A stretch of 64,000 nt of DNA, from NCBI GenBank assembly GCA_039799905.1, contig JBDLRP010000013.1, positions 63,431 through 127,430 on the forward strand, written 5' to 3'. Positions 1 to 8,780 of the stretch are shown here, piece by piece. Position 1 is the first letter of the stretch. The number at the start of each line of letters is the position of its first letter. A program made the translations under genes and the position numbers. The DNA is from Pseudomonadota bacterium. GTDB lineage: Bacteria; Bdellovibrionota_B; Oligoflexia; Silvanigrellales; Silvanigrellaceae. Below the pieces are notes generated by a model. The model saw only the letters and a list, made by a program, of their open reading frames with translations. It did no database searches and had not been told where the DNA came from.

Positions 1-2
1 CA

Positions 3-1115
3 GATCTCGACTTGACGTACCGCGGGGCCGTCAGCATTGCCCGCAGACTTCAAGACCCACTGGCCGAGCTGGTCAAAATCGAACCCAAGAGCATTGGCGT
101 CGGACAATACCAACACGACGTCAATCAAAGCCGCCTGAAGAAACAACTCGATGAAGTTGTCGAAAGCTGCGTGAACTACGTCGGTGTTAATCTCAACACA
201 GCGAGCCCCAGCCTTTTGTCATACGTTGCCGGTATCGGCCCGACGCTGGCCAAGAACATCGTCAGGCACCGCGAGCAAAAGGGAATCTTCAAAGACCGCA
301 CAGCACTCTTCGAAGTGATGGGTTTTGGTCCAAAGGCCTTCGAACAGGCCGCAGGCTTCCTTCGTATTCCTGAAGCCGGCAATCCGCTCGACAACACAGC
401 TGTCCATCCGGAAGCCTACAAGGTCGTCGAGCGCATCGCAGCAGATCTCAACAAATCGCTGTCCGAATTGATTGGCCAGCGTGAAGCGCTCAACACCCTC
501 GACCTCAAACGCTACGTCACCGATGAAATCGGTGTTCCGACGTTGCAGGACATCGTTAAAGAACTGCAAAAACCAGGCCGTGACCCGCGTGAAGACGGTG
601 TGAAGCACACCTACAACCGCGACGTCCGCGACCTCAACAGCCTGCAAGAGGGAATGGTCCTCACCGGCACGGTGACCAACGTCACCAACTTTGGTGCGTT
701 TGTCGACATCGGCGTGCATCAGGACGGACTCATCCATATCAGCGAACTCTCGAACCAATTCGTGAAAGACGCCTCGCAGGCGATCGCTGTTGGGGAACAG
801 GTGAAGGTCAAAGTCATTGCGGTAGACAAAGAGCGCAAGCGCATCAGCCTGAGCCGCAGAGCTGTGGAAGAGGGAGTTGCAAGCACGCTCGGCGGAGGAC
901 CAACGGCACAGCGTGCAGGTGCATCCTCTGGCGGGCCACAGTCTCAACCACGCCCGGCACATGGTGGTCAAAACAATAGGCCGTCGGCTTCATCGGGTCC
1001 CCAATCCGGACCGCGCCGTCCAAGCGGGCGAGAAGAACGCCCACTTGCCGCGCAGTCATCGGGTCCCGCTTCGTTGCAAGACTTGCTCAACAAGTTTAAC
1101 AACAAGCGACTCTAA
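3..1115 (+). CDS. tex: Tex-family RNA-binding transcription accessory protein (5' truncated by window)
   Basis: RRLQDPLAELVKIEPKSIGVGQYQHDV motif, HhH repeats, C-terminal S1 domain (GTVTNVTNFGAFVDIGVHQDGLIHISEL). Confidence 0.95.
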   Translation, partial: DLDLTYRGAVSIARRLQDPLAELVKIEPKSIGVGQYQHDVNQSRLKKQLDEVVESCVNYVGVNLNTASPSLLSYVAGIGPTLAKNIVRHREQKGIFKDRTALFEVMGFGPKAFEQAAGFLRIPEAGNPLDNTAVHPEAYKVVERIAADLNKSLSELIGQREALNTLDLKRYVTDEIGVPTLQDIVKELQKPGRDPREDGVKHTYNRDVRDLNSLQEGMVLTGTVTNVTNFGAFVDIGVHQDGLIHISELSNQFVKDASQAIAVGEQVKVKVIAVDKERKRISLSRRAVEEGVASTLGGGPTAQRAGASSGGPQSQPRPAHGGQNNRPSASSGPQSGPRRPSGREERPLAAQSSGPASLQDLLNKFNNKRL

Positions 1116-1136
1116 CAACGGCGGAGGACAAGGCTT

Positions 1137-2027
1137 GTGGCTCAACAAACATTTCTTGGCGTGATTGGCGGCTCCGGCCTTTATGATCTCCCCGGAATTA
1201 CCAATGTGCAGGAAAAATCAATCGCGACTCCATTCGGCATGCCCAGTGATGCGATCATCACCGGAACGCTTAACGGCCGGCAAGTTGCTTTTCTCCCGCG
1301 CCACGGAAAAGGCCACAGATTCACTCCCTCGGAAGTTAATTACCGAGCCAATATTTTTGCACTCAAATCGCTGGGGGTCACGCACATCCTCAGCGTCAGT
1401 GCAGTCGGCAGCCTGCAGGAAAAATATGCCCCGGGATGCGTTGTGATCCCCAAACAGTTGCTCGACAAAACCGCGTACGTGCGTGAGCGAACGTTTTTCG
1501 GCAAGGGTGTCGTCGGGCACATCAGCCTCGCTGATCCTTACTGCCCACAGCTGCAGGAAATCGCGCTCTCAGCTTGTAAGCGCGAGGGCGTGACTGTTTT
1601 TCAAGAAGGGACTTATGTTTGCGTCGAAGGGCCGCGCTTTTCATCGCGGGCTGAAAGCCATTCATTCAGAAACGAGGGATGCGGAATCATCGGCATGACT
1701 GCAATGCCCGAGGCTTCGCTCGCACGCGAAGCAGAAATTCCCTACTGCACGTTGGCATTTGTCACCGATTACGACTGCTGGAAAGAGCACGAAGAAGCTG
1801 TCTCGGTCGAGGCAGTCCTGGCTGTTCTCAAGAAAAATGTCGACGCCTCGAAGCGCATTGTAAAAAATATTTTGGAAGCAATGCCGGAGTCATCCGACAA
1901 CCCGATCTTCAACGCCGCGCAGTTTGCTCTGATGACATCACCAGAGGTCATTCCTGCGGAAACCAAGCGCGCCCTGTGGCCACTGTTCGGCAAATACTGG
2001 AGCAGCGGCGCGGGTCAGCATCACTGA
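1137..2027 (+). CDS. mtnP: S-methyl-5'-thioadenosine phosphorylase (PNP/MTAP family)
   Basis: GVIGGSG, PRHG..H, EGPRFSSRAES, GMTAMPEA, VTDYDCW motifs; GGAGG RBS before GTG start. Confidence 0.92.
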   Translation: MAQQTFLGVIGGSGLYDLPGITNVQEKSIATPFGMPSDAIITGTLNGRQVAFLPRHGKGHRFTPSEVNYRANIFALKSLGVTHILSVSAVGSLQEKYAPGCVVIPKQLLDKTAYVRERTFFGKGVVGHISLADPYCPQLQEIALSACKREGVTVFQEGTYVCVEGPRFSSRAESHSFRNEGCGIIGMTAMPEASLAREAEIPYCTLAFVTDYDCWKEHEEAVSVEAVLAVLKKNVDASKRIVKNILEAMPESSDNPIFNAAQFALMTSPEVIPAETKRALWPLFGKYWSSGAGQHH

Positions 2028-2878
2028 TGCCACGGCGCGGCCCGACGACGTTCAATCTGCGTCAACAGCTTTCGCTGCACGTCATTCCGGCATTCACCGA
2101 CAACTATCTCTATGTTCTGCAAGGGTCTTCAACCGCTCAGTGTGCGGTCGTCGATCCGGGTGATGCCAATTCCATCATGGGATTTCTCGCTCAACACCAA
2201 CTGCAACTCTCGCATATTCTGCTGACCCATCATCACCGCGATCACACCGGCGGGGTCGCACAGCTGCTGGCTGCTTTTCCAACGGCAACAATCATTTGCT
2301 CCACTTGGATGAAGATTCCTGACAACTGGGCAACCGCACAACTCATCCGCATGAGCACCGGCGACGACAAAGATTACAATTTGTTTGGTCTGACCCTGAA
2401 GGCACTCGACGTCAGGGGACACACTTTGGATCACATCGCATTTGTGCTTCCAGCATCTCGGGACGATGAAGGACCATGCGAAGCGTTTGTCGGAGACTCG
2501 CTTTTTGGTGCTGGCTGCGGCGGTCTTTTTGAAGGGAGCTATGCGCAGATGCTGCAGGCCCTGACTCAACTCCGCTCGCTGCCCGCGAATGCGCGTTTGT
2601 GGTGTGCCCACGAATACACTCTAAAGAACCTGCGCGTCGCCGTTCAACTTGGGGAAGACAACCCCGAGCAGGCAGCCCGACTCGCAAAACTCGAACATTC
2701 CGTTGCTCAGGCTGGCACAGAACCTCACGAATGGATGACCATACCCCTCGTACTTTCAGAGGAAATCGAGACAAATCCATTTCTTAGATGGGACCAGCAG
2801 AGCCTGCAAAAAGCCATTGACACCCGCGGCAGTCTTGAAACATTCACTCATGTCAGACAATTTCGCGATCGGTTTTGA
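2027..2878 (+). CDS. gloB: Hydroxyacylglutathione hydrolase (glyoxalase II, MBL fold)
   Basis: DNYLY, THHHRDHTGG, GHTLDH, GDSLFGAGCG, CAHEYT, ETNPFLR; ATG overlaps the MTAP stop (TGATG). Confidence 0.9.
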   Translation: MPRRGPTTFNLRQQLSLHVIPAFTDNYLYVLQGSSTAQCAVVDPGDANSIMGFLAQHQLQLSHILLTHHHRDHTGGVAQLLAAFPTATIICSTWMKIPDNWATAQLIRMSTGDDKDYNLFGLTLKALDVRGHTLDHIAFVLPASRDDEGPCEAFVGDSLFGAGCGGLFEGSYAQMLQALTQLRSLPANARLWCAHEYTLKNLRVAVQLGEDNPEQAARLAKLEHSVAQAGTEPHEWMTIPLVLSEEIETNPFLRWDQQSLQKAIDTRGSLETFTHVRQFRDRF

Positions 2879-2911
2879 AAAGAAGAGACAAGCACAGGGA
2901 CTCAGCAGCAA

Positions 2912-3304
2912 ATGGAAAATCTTTTCAGCTCGGTGAAAGTGATCAAGTGGCCGCACAAGGAAACTCCCACGGAACAAAACGTGGCTGCGGAGATGCACAA
3001 GTACGGTTACCAGGTCTACGACCTGCAGACGATTCCACCTTGGTTTGAACGCTCACGCCACGCACATGACTACGATGAAATCCGTGCGGCCGTAGCCGGT
3101 GTCACCACATTTCATTTCGACGATTTTCCTGTCACCATCGAAGCGGGCGACATTCTCATCATCCCCGGTGGAATTCCGCACGCCGTGCGCACACACAACG
3201 ACAAGCCATTCACCGCCTACAAAGGTTCACTTTCCGGCGAGCGCTCGGTCACCGAACATGGCGACGGACGCGGCAGCGTTGAAGACCTTGCAAAAAACAA
3301 ATGA
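2912..3304 (+). CDS. Cupin-domain protein (ARD-like metal motif)
   Basis: HAHDYDEIR ... GDILIIPGGIPH cupin motifs 1 and 2. Confidence 0.8.
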   Translation: MENLFSSVKVIKWPHKETPTEQNVAAEMHKYGYQVYDLQTIPPWFERSRHAHDYDEIRAAVAGVTTFHFDDFPVTIEAGDILIIPGGIPHAVRTHNDKPFTAYKGSLSGERSVTEHGDGRGSVEDLAKNK

Positions 3305-3317
3305 GAGAAGCCAAACA

Positions 3318-3989
3318 ATGAATTTCTTCTTTTTCGACCTCGACGGCACGCTTGAGGACAGCCGAAAAGACATGGTTGCCGCGGCAGCACACGTGCGCAT
3401 GTCGCTTGGCCTGACAACACGAGAATTTTCGGCGCTGGTGCCGCACGTCAACAAGGGCATGCGCGAACTTTATCTCAATTGCTTTGATGATTTTATCAAT
3501 TCCGCCAATACGCACGCGGCCCGCGAGGAAAAAATTCTCACAGTGCAGAAACACTACGAACAGCGCTACGCAGATTATATCGCAGTCGAAACAAAACTGT
3601 ACGCCGGCATTCGCGCGGCACTCGAAGATGCGCGCAGCCTTGGCCGCGTAGCGGTGATCACCAACAAGCCCGAGCATTTGTCGGTTCGTCTGCTTGAATC
3701 GCTCGGTGTACTTCAGCTCATCGACCTTGTCGTCGGCGGCGACACATGCCACGAAGCCAAACCAAGTCCGGTGCCTCTGCGCTTCGCTCTGGAACGCTTG
3801 GGTGGAGACATCGCGCGCGACCAAGTCTTTATGATTGGCGACAGTCAGGGCGATGCACTTGCGGGCTCTCTGTGCGGTGCTCAGACGGTTTGGTGCGCTT
3901 GGGGATACCAAAGCGACGCGCCGACCCAACCGGCTCCACAACACGTCGCTTCAAGCCCCGATGATTTAAGACAAATTTTCAGGCGCTAA
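3318..3989 (+). CDS. HAD-family hydrolase (phosphoglycolate phosphatase-like)
   Basis: FDLDGTL motif I, TNK motif II, KPSP, MIGDSQGD motif IV; start reassigned to the ATG at 3318. Confidence 0.88.
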   Translation: MNFFFFDLDGTLEDSRKDMVAAAAHVRMSLGLTTREFSALVPHVNKGMRELYLNCFDDFINSANTHAAREEKILTVQKHYEQRYADYIAVETKLYAGIRAALEDARSLGRVAVITNKPEHLSVRLLESLGVLQLIDLVVGGDTCHEAKPSPVPLRFALERLGGDIARDQVFMIGDSQGDALAGSLCGAQTVWCAWGYQSDAPTQPAPQHVASSPDDLRQIFRR

Positions 3990-4064
3990 GTTTGTTCACT
4001 TTGACCTTGCGGGGGGCGGCGAATTGATCCATCCATCCGCCCTCACACAGACATCGGAGGAAGG

Positions 4065-4550
4065 GTGAAGTCCGTGTCCCGACTCACATCGACTGAAAGA
4101 GAAGATGCCTGGATCTACGACCTGCGCTTGCTCAATGGTCGCATCCGCGGACTCAAGGGAGTCCCATCCGTGCGCACGCGCGCCGTTTCGCTCGCCGACT
4201 GTCGAGGGTGGTGTTATCGCACACCTGCCGGCGAACGGGTTTCGCTGGAACTCAAAACATCGCTCCGTGAGTTTTATAAAGTACTAGATACAGATCCGGC
4301 AGCTCCCATCCTTATTAAGGCATGCGCAAAACTCTGGCTGAGATTGATGACCATCCGTCCGTTTATGGATGGCAACCGCCGCACAGCCCGCGCGTTTTTA
4401 GCCCGTTGTTTCACTCAACAAGGACTCACGGTCAAAAGCTTTCAGGCGCTCAAAAAATTCCCCACCACCGGTCGACTTGACGAAGATCTGACGACCTGCC
4501 AACTCGCACTTGGTCGATGTCTGACAGCTGCGCAAAACAACGCTCATTGA
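4065..4550 (+). CDS. Fic/Doc-domain protein with atypical motif
   Basis: RPFMDGNRRTAR resembles the Fic motif HPFxDGNGRxxR; GGAGG RBS before GTG. Confidence 0.7.
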   Translation: MKSVSRLTSTEREDAWIYDLRLLNGRIRGLKGVPSVRTRAVSLADCRGWCYRTPAGERVSLELKTSLREFYKVLDTDPAAPILIKACAKLWLRLMTIRPFMDGNRRTARAFLARCFTQQGLTVKSFQALKKFPTTGRLDEDLTTCQLALGRCLTAAQNNAH

Positions 4551-4685
4551 GTCTAACCAGGTAAATTTCCCAAACTGCTGAAATCAAAAGAGAGCCGACT
4601 GGTCGCAGAAGCGCGGTTGATGCATCTTTCGACGCGTTGTGAGCGGCCGAATGATTCAAAAAATTATCAGCCAAGGAGGCCCTTT

Positions 4686-5306
4686 ATGATCAGAACTTCA
4701 GCTGTGCGATGGTGCTTCGGATTATTGGCGCTGGCAGGAACGGCACTTTCTTTGATGCCTTCTGCCGAAGCAAATTCTCTTTATTGGAGAAGATATTCTC
4801 CAGCACACGTCGGCCCAGGTCCTGTTTTCATTGCACCGATAGGAAACATCTGGAACGGCGGCTGGTGGATGTCAGTGGATGTGGGTCGCTCGCCGCTGAG
4901 CATCTGCCGCATCTCGGATGGTCCATCATGGTTTTATGGCAATTACTATGACGGACGCTGTGCCTACTATTCACCTTCGCGGAGTGGCGCTCACTCCGTT
5001 GACATAGGCTTCGATCTTTTAGGTGGGAATAATTTTCCCAGATGGCGCCGACTGTCGGACGGCCATGTTCACCCGCTTGATCTCGGATACCACAACCACG
5101 ACCTTCTCGGTGACCCGGTCATTGGCCAGCAACAAGCTGTCCTCGATGCAGAACTGGCGGCTCTGTGCCGAATCCAACAGGCCGAGGGAGCTTTCATCGG
5201 GACAATCGTCGAAGGCGGCTGCTATGCCGCGTGGAATGGTCAAACCCTGGTATCCGCCGACTACGAAGTCGTCGAGCAGCACAGCGACGAGCCCACAGGC
5301 CGATAA
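4686..5306 (+). CDS. Secreted protein with two DM9/DUF3421-like repeats
   Basis: AAGGAGG RBS, N-terminal signal peptide (AEA|N), two repeats of CRI...G....G.C.. ending in FDLL/YEVV. Confidence 0.6.
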   Translation: MIRTSAVRWCFGLLALAGTALSLMPSAEANSLYWRRYSPAHVGPGPVFIAPIGNIWNGGWWMSVDVGRSPLSICRISDGPSWFYGNYYDGRCAYYSPSRSGAHSVDIGFDLLGGNNFPRWRRLSDGHVHPLDLGYHNHDLLGDPVIGQQQAVLDAELAALCRIQQAEGAFIGTIVEGGCYAAWNGQTLVSADYEVVEQHSDEPTGR

Positions 5307-5444
5307 AAAATCGGAATGAGGGTGGGGTGCCATATTGACACCTCGCCCTGTCGGTCTTTCAGGGGGCAGTGCTATTCTCATGACATTGTCGAATTGGCGG
5401 GCAAACACCGCCTCCAATTCACGTGCCATGCGGGAGACGATCAA

Positions 5445-6200
5445 ATGGCTGCTCCAAAGCTTTCCGAACGCCGTGTATCTCAACGGTATGCGATGACCCC
5501 GAACGCCTATTGCGGTCATGTCGTATTTGAAAAAACTCTGGTGCTCCCGATGCTCGACATCAGCTATGGCGGATTTTCAGTTGCGATAGACAAACCGGAG
5601 CACGAATCACTCACGGAAACTTTGCCAAGAACGTCTGAAGTGGACATCGTGATTTTGGGCGTCGGGACAACCGGCCGCGCAATTCGCGTGTTTGAAGGAC
5701 GCCAGCGGTTGGGCTACGCATTCTGCCACGACACTGCGAGTGTATTGATTTTCCTGCGCCGTTTTATCGAATTTATGCGCATGGGTGAGCATCTCAATCA
5801 GCTCGACAAGGATTTGCTCAAACCGCCCTACGATACCGGAGACTGGCTTTGCTTCCGCGGTGACGGACCGACCGACGTCGTCATGCACAAGAACCGCAAT
5901 GAAGCCAATTCGATTGATGAGGCGGTGATCACCTACCGAGAGAAAGAAACATACCGCTCAACGGAGTTCCGCAACGGTCGACTGTTTACAGCTGTGACTT
6001 CCGAGAGTGCGCAATCGGGCGGAAGCCGATCTGGACAAGATGCACAAGCCAACGAGGACATCCTGCGTAAATCGGCGTGCGTCCTGATGGGCTACCTGCA
6101 ATCTTGCAACTCAGCTCACCAGCCCTTCCTTTCCAGTTTGCTCAACGTGCTCCGCAAGCAACTGCTCACCTCACAGCAGGCAAAAGCAAGTCCGACCTGA
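5445..6200 (+). CDS. PilZ-like domain protein
   Basis: ERRVSQR (RxxxR) and DISYGG (DxSxxG) motifs near the N-terminus. Confidence 0.6.
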   Translation: MAAPKLSERRVSQRYAMTPNAYCGHVVFEKTLVLPMLDISYGGFSVAIDKPEHESLTETLPRTSEVDIVILGVGTTGRAIRVFEGRQRLGYAFCHDTASVLIFLRRFIEFMRMGEHLNQLDKDLLKPPYDTGDWLCFRGDGPTDVVMHKNRNEANSIDEAVITYREKETYRSTEFRNGRLFTAVTSESAQSGGSRSGQDAQANEDILRKSACVLMGYLQSCNSAHQPFLSSLLNVLRKQLLTSQQAKASPT

Positions 6201-6232
6201 CGGGTTTTGAGTAGTCAGTGATGGTGATGGAG

Positions 6233-6317
6233 TGGTGCGGACGGTGAGACTCGAACTCACATGCCTCTCGGCGCTGGCTTCTAAGACCAGTGCGTCTACC
6301 AATTTCGCCACGTCCGC
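6233..6317 (-). tRNA. tRNA-Leu (anticodon TAG)
   Basis: Cloverleaf with long variable arm, anticodon loop CT-TAG-AA, GTTCGAGTC T-loop, encoded CCA. Confidence 0.96.
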
Positions 6318-6374
6318 GCAGAGAAAAACAGAACAGACCGCTTCGGTATAGACGAAGCTCACGTCCGGCGCAAT

Positions 6375-7631
6375 TCAAGGTTGTCCGGCATTGACACTCA
6401 GGCGCAAAAAATAGCGCCGATCGGTACGGGCAGCATAACCTATCGGCCCCTCAACCCGAGCCACGTCACTGGCGACTTCAACAATCGCGAAGGGCATATC
6501 CCAGCTAAGTCCGTAGGAAAGACCATCACGGTGCCCACCAACCCTAAGAATGACCGGAGCTCCGCTCATCAGGTCGGGTTCGGCCTGACCCATCAGGTGC
6601 AGCTCGCATCCGCCTCCCACCTTACCCGCAAGCTCGAGCCTTTCGTCATTCAAGTGATGTCCTGCGGTAGTGCACTGGATTGCAAAGCTTTGCCTCAGCA
6701 GTGGCCAAGCAGCAACGCCCACGCTGATATTGGATTTTTGAATCACAGTTTGATGAGCCGAGCTGGCTGCCTTGTATCGGGTGTCGGCAACATCTTCGAT
6801 CTTCAAACCAAAGGACGGTTTGAGTGCAAACTTGGGAAGGCGCACCGCGGCGCCGACGTCCACCGGATAGCCGCGGGTTTCGTTGAACTTGGCGCGCAGG
6901 GCTTTCGCCGAAGCACTGACCAGCGGCTCATCGAGTTCCACTGAGCCGATGAAATCGCTCCGCCATGTGGGCCTGACTGTGACACCAAGAAAGACACCCG
7001 TATTTTTATAGGGAACCGCAAATGAAAGACTTGTGCCACGTTCGACCGTCGCCCGCACGTCCATCTGCGAAGCAGTCTGACCATCCAAAGCGCTCGGCGA
7101 CACCAAGGAAAGGCCGCCAAGAATATCTGGAATCTCGTTTGCAGAAGCACTCGCCGCAGAGTCCTGTCCAGAGCCCGTCGGTTGCCAAACGTAACCTTCG
7201 ACACGGATTCTCCCAAACAATCCCCAGTGAATGGGGCCGACAGTAAATCCCGGAGTCATCGAAAAAAGGCCAAAGGGCGTTTGTTCATTTTGCGACGCTT
7301 TTAGAAAGTTCTCGAGTCTCTGCTGGGTTGAACCTTCACCTGAAAAATACGCCTTGGCCAAAGACTGCGTTGTTCCATTGCTCCCGACGGTTGCTGATGG
7401 GAACCAAAGACCGCGGAGAATTTCCTTGTTTTTGATTTTACCCTCTTGTCCGACCCATGCTGGATTGCTTTGTGGGGTTTCCCCCTGAGAGAGTCCGGCC
7501 ATCGAAACAGTCGAGACACCCAGCCCCAACGCACGAATTCCATTGAGGTCGCGCACAGGTGGCAAAAGCTCCTGCGCCGCCGCATTGCCGGCCAACAAGC
7601 CGCACAGCGTTGAAAGCAAACGGGTGGCCAT
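6375..7631 (-). CDS. Putative outer-membrane beta-barrel (TraF/FadL-like N-terminus)
   Basis: Signal peptide (AAA|QE), GIRALGLG...NPA N-terminal motif, alternating amphipathic strands; start uncertain. Confidence 0.5.
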   Translation of the reverse strand: MATRLLSTLCGLLAGNAAAQELLPPVRDLNGIRALGLGVSTVSMAGLSQGETPQSNPAWVGQEGKIKNKEILRGLWFPSATVGSNGTTQSLAKAYFSGEGSTQQRLENFLKASQNEQTPFGLFSMTPGFTVGPIHWGLFGRIRVEGYVWQPTGSGQDSAASASANEIPDILGGLSLVSPSALDGQTASQMDVRATVERGTSLSFAVPYKNTGVFLGVTVRPTWRSDFIGSVELDEPLVSASAKALRAKFNETRGYPVDVGAAVRLPKFALKPSFGLKIEDVADTRYKAASSAHQTVIQKSNISVGVAAWPLLRQSFAIQCTTAGHHLNDERLELAGKVGGGCELHLMGQAEPDLMSGAPVILRVGGHRDGLSYGLSWDMPFAIVEVASDVARVEGPIGYAARTDRRYFLRLSVNAGQP

Positions 7632-7829
7632 TCCCAATCGGGCCGACTTTGTGCAGCTCACTGTGCACCCCCTCTGAGAGGCATATCGGCAAACACGACC
7701 AACACTTGCAGCGGGCCGGGCGCCAACCAATTGGACAGCCGCCACAAAATTTCCTCTGCATCAAAAAAAACAACCAAATAGAATAATAATAATTAGGTTG
7801 AGCCCAGCGAAAATGGAGTTAAGCAGCAC

Positions 7830-8780
7830 GTGTCTCTTCAGCCGCGCGCAGTCATATTCGCAGAAGAAAGAGTGACTGGCTTTGTCCAGATACTCCGTGA
7901 ATTCCTGTTCAAACTCGGGTTCAGGCAAACGATCTGCACCACCAATCCGCTCGAAATATCGAACCTCATTCACACAAGTCACTGGCCGATTATTTTTATC
8001 GATCACACCGACGGCGTGAACGACGGGATGCAGCATTTCGAGGGTATATATAAAGTCTTGGGTCACCAACTGCTGCCTATTGTGTTTACGGCGCCCTCCG
8101 ACAACCAGCTGTTCGATTCCTTTTACCAAAGCCTCGGCGCCGTCGGCCTCATCAAAAAACCACTGCAAACATCCAATGCTGAAAAAATCGTCCGTGCGGT
8201 TATTCCGCAGCCCAATGATCCTGCAGTCCGGCTTGCACATCAGGTTTCAAAAGCGATGCTGCAGGGGCATTACGGAACGGTCGAACAACAACTTGCTCGG
8301 CTGCGTGAAATTCCGCAGTTCCGAAGACACGCCGAGATCGCACTGCTGCGCGTCGAGATGGCAATGGGAAATATGTCCAAGGCCAACGAGCGGTTCAGGT
8401 TGCTCCTACGCGACAGACCGCGAGACCTGAGAGTCCTTTCAGAGTACGCAGAATTTTTGAAGAAGAACGCGCTCTATTTCAATACGCTGAAATGCTACCA
8501 GCGCATCCAAAGCCTGCATCCGGAGTTGTCTTTCAAATTCTGGGATCAGGTCACCCTGCATATAGAATTGGAACAAATCGATGAAGCGGCGCGTCTCCTC
8601 GACTCGATGCAGCACGACGACACTTACCGCGACCTTGCCGCTGAAGCGCTGGCGCGGATGATGTACTTCATGGGACTGCAGCACAACATCCCGAATTTTG
8701 TGAAGCTGTACCCGAATGCAACCAGAAACTATAACTTGTTCACCGGAACTTCGCCCAGCAAAAAAGTGAGCTCATCATGA
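7830..8780 (+). CDS. Receiver-like domain plus TPR-like helical repeats
   Basis: VIFAEE, IIFIDH, IVFTA and IKKP match the REC layout; helical TPR-like C-terminal half. Confidence 0.6.
   Translation: MSLQPRAVIFAEERVTGFVQILREFLFKLGFRQTICTTNPLEISNLIHTSHWPIIFIDHTDGVNDGMQHFEGIYKVLGHQLLPIVFTAPSDNQLFDSFYQSLGAVGLIKKPLQTSNAEKIVRAVIPQPNDPAVRLAHQVSKAMLQGHYGTVEQQLARLREIPQFRRHAEIALLRVEMAMGNMSKANERFRLLLRDRPRDLRVLSEYAEFLKKNALYFNTLKCYQRIQSLHPELSFKFWDQVTLHIELEQIDEAARLLDSMQHDDTYRDLAAEALARMMYFMGLQHNIPNFVKLYPNATRNYNLFTGTSPSKKVSSS

Noticed and set aside
1679..2026. N-terminal extension of the gloB ORF to 399 aa
   Set aside because: Overlaps MTAP out of frame; the ATG at 2027 coupled to the MTAP stop is a better start
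3990..6317. Genomic island integrated at the tRNA-Leu 3' end (Fic, DM9-like, PilZ-like genes)
   Set aside because: No integrase and no duplicated tRNA 3' end (att site) seen; at most an accessory patch
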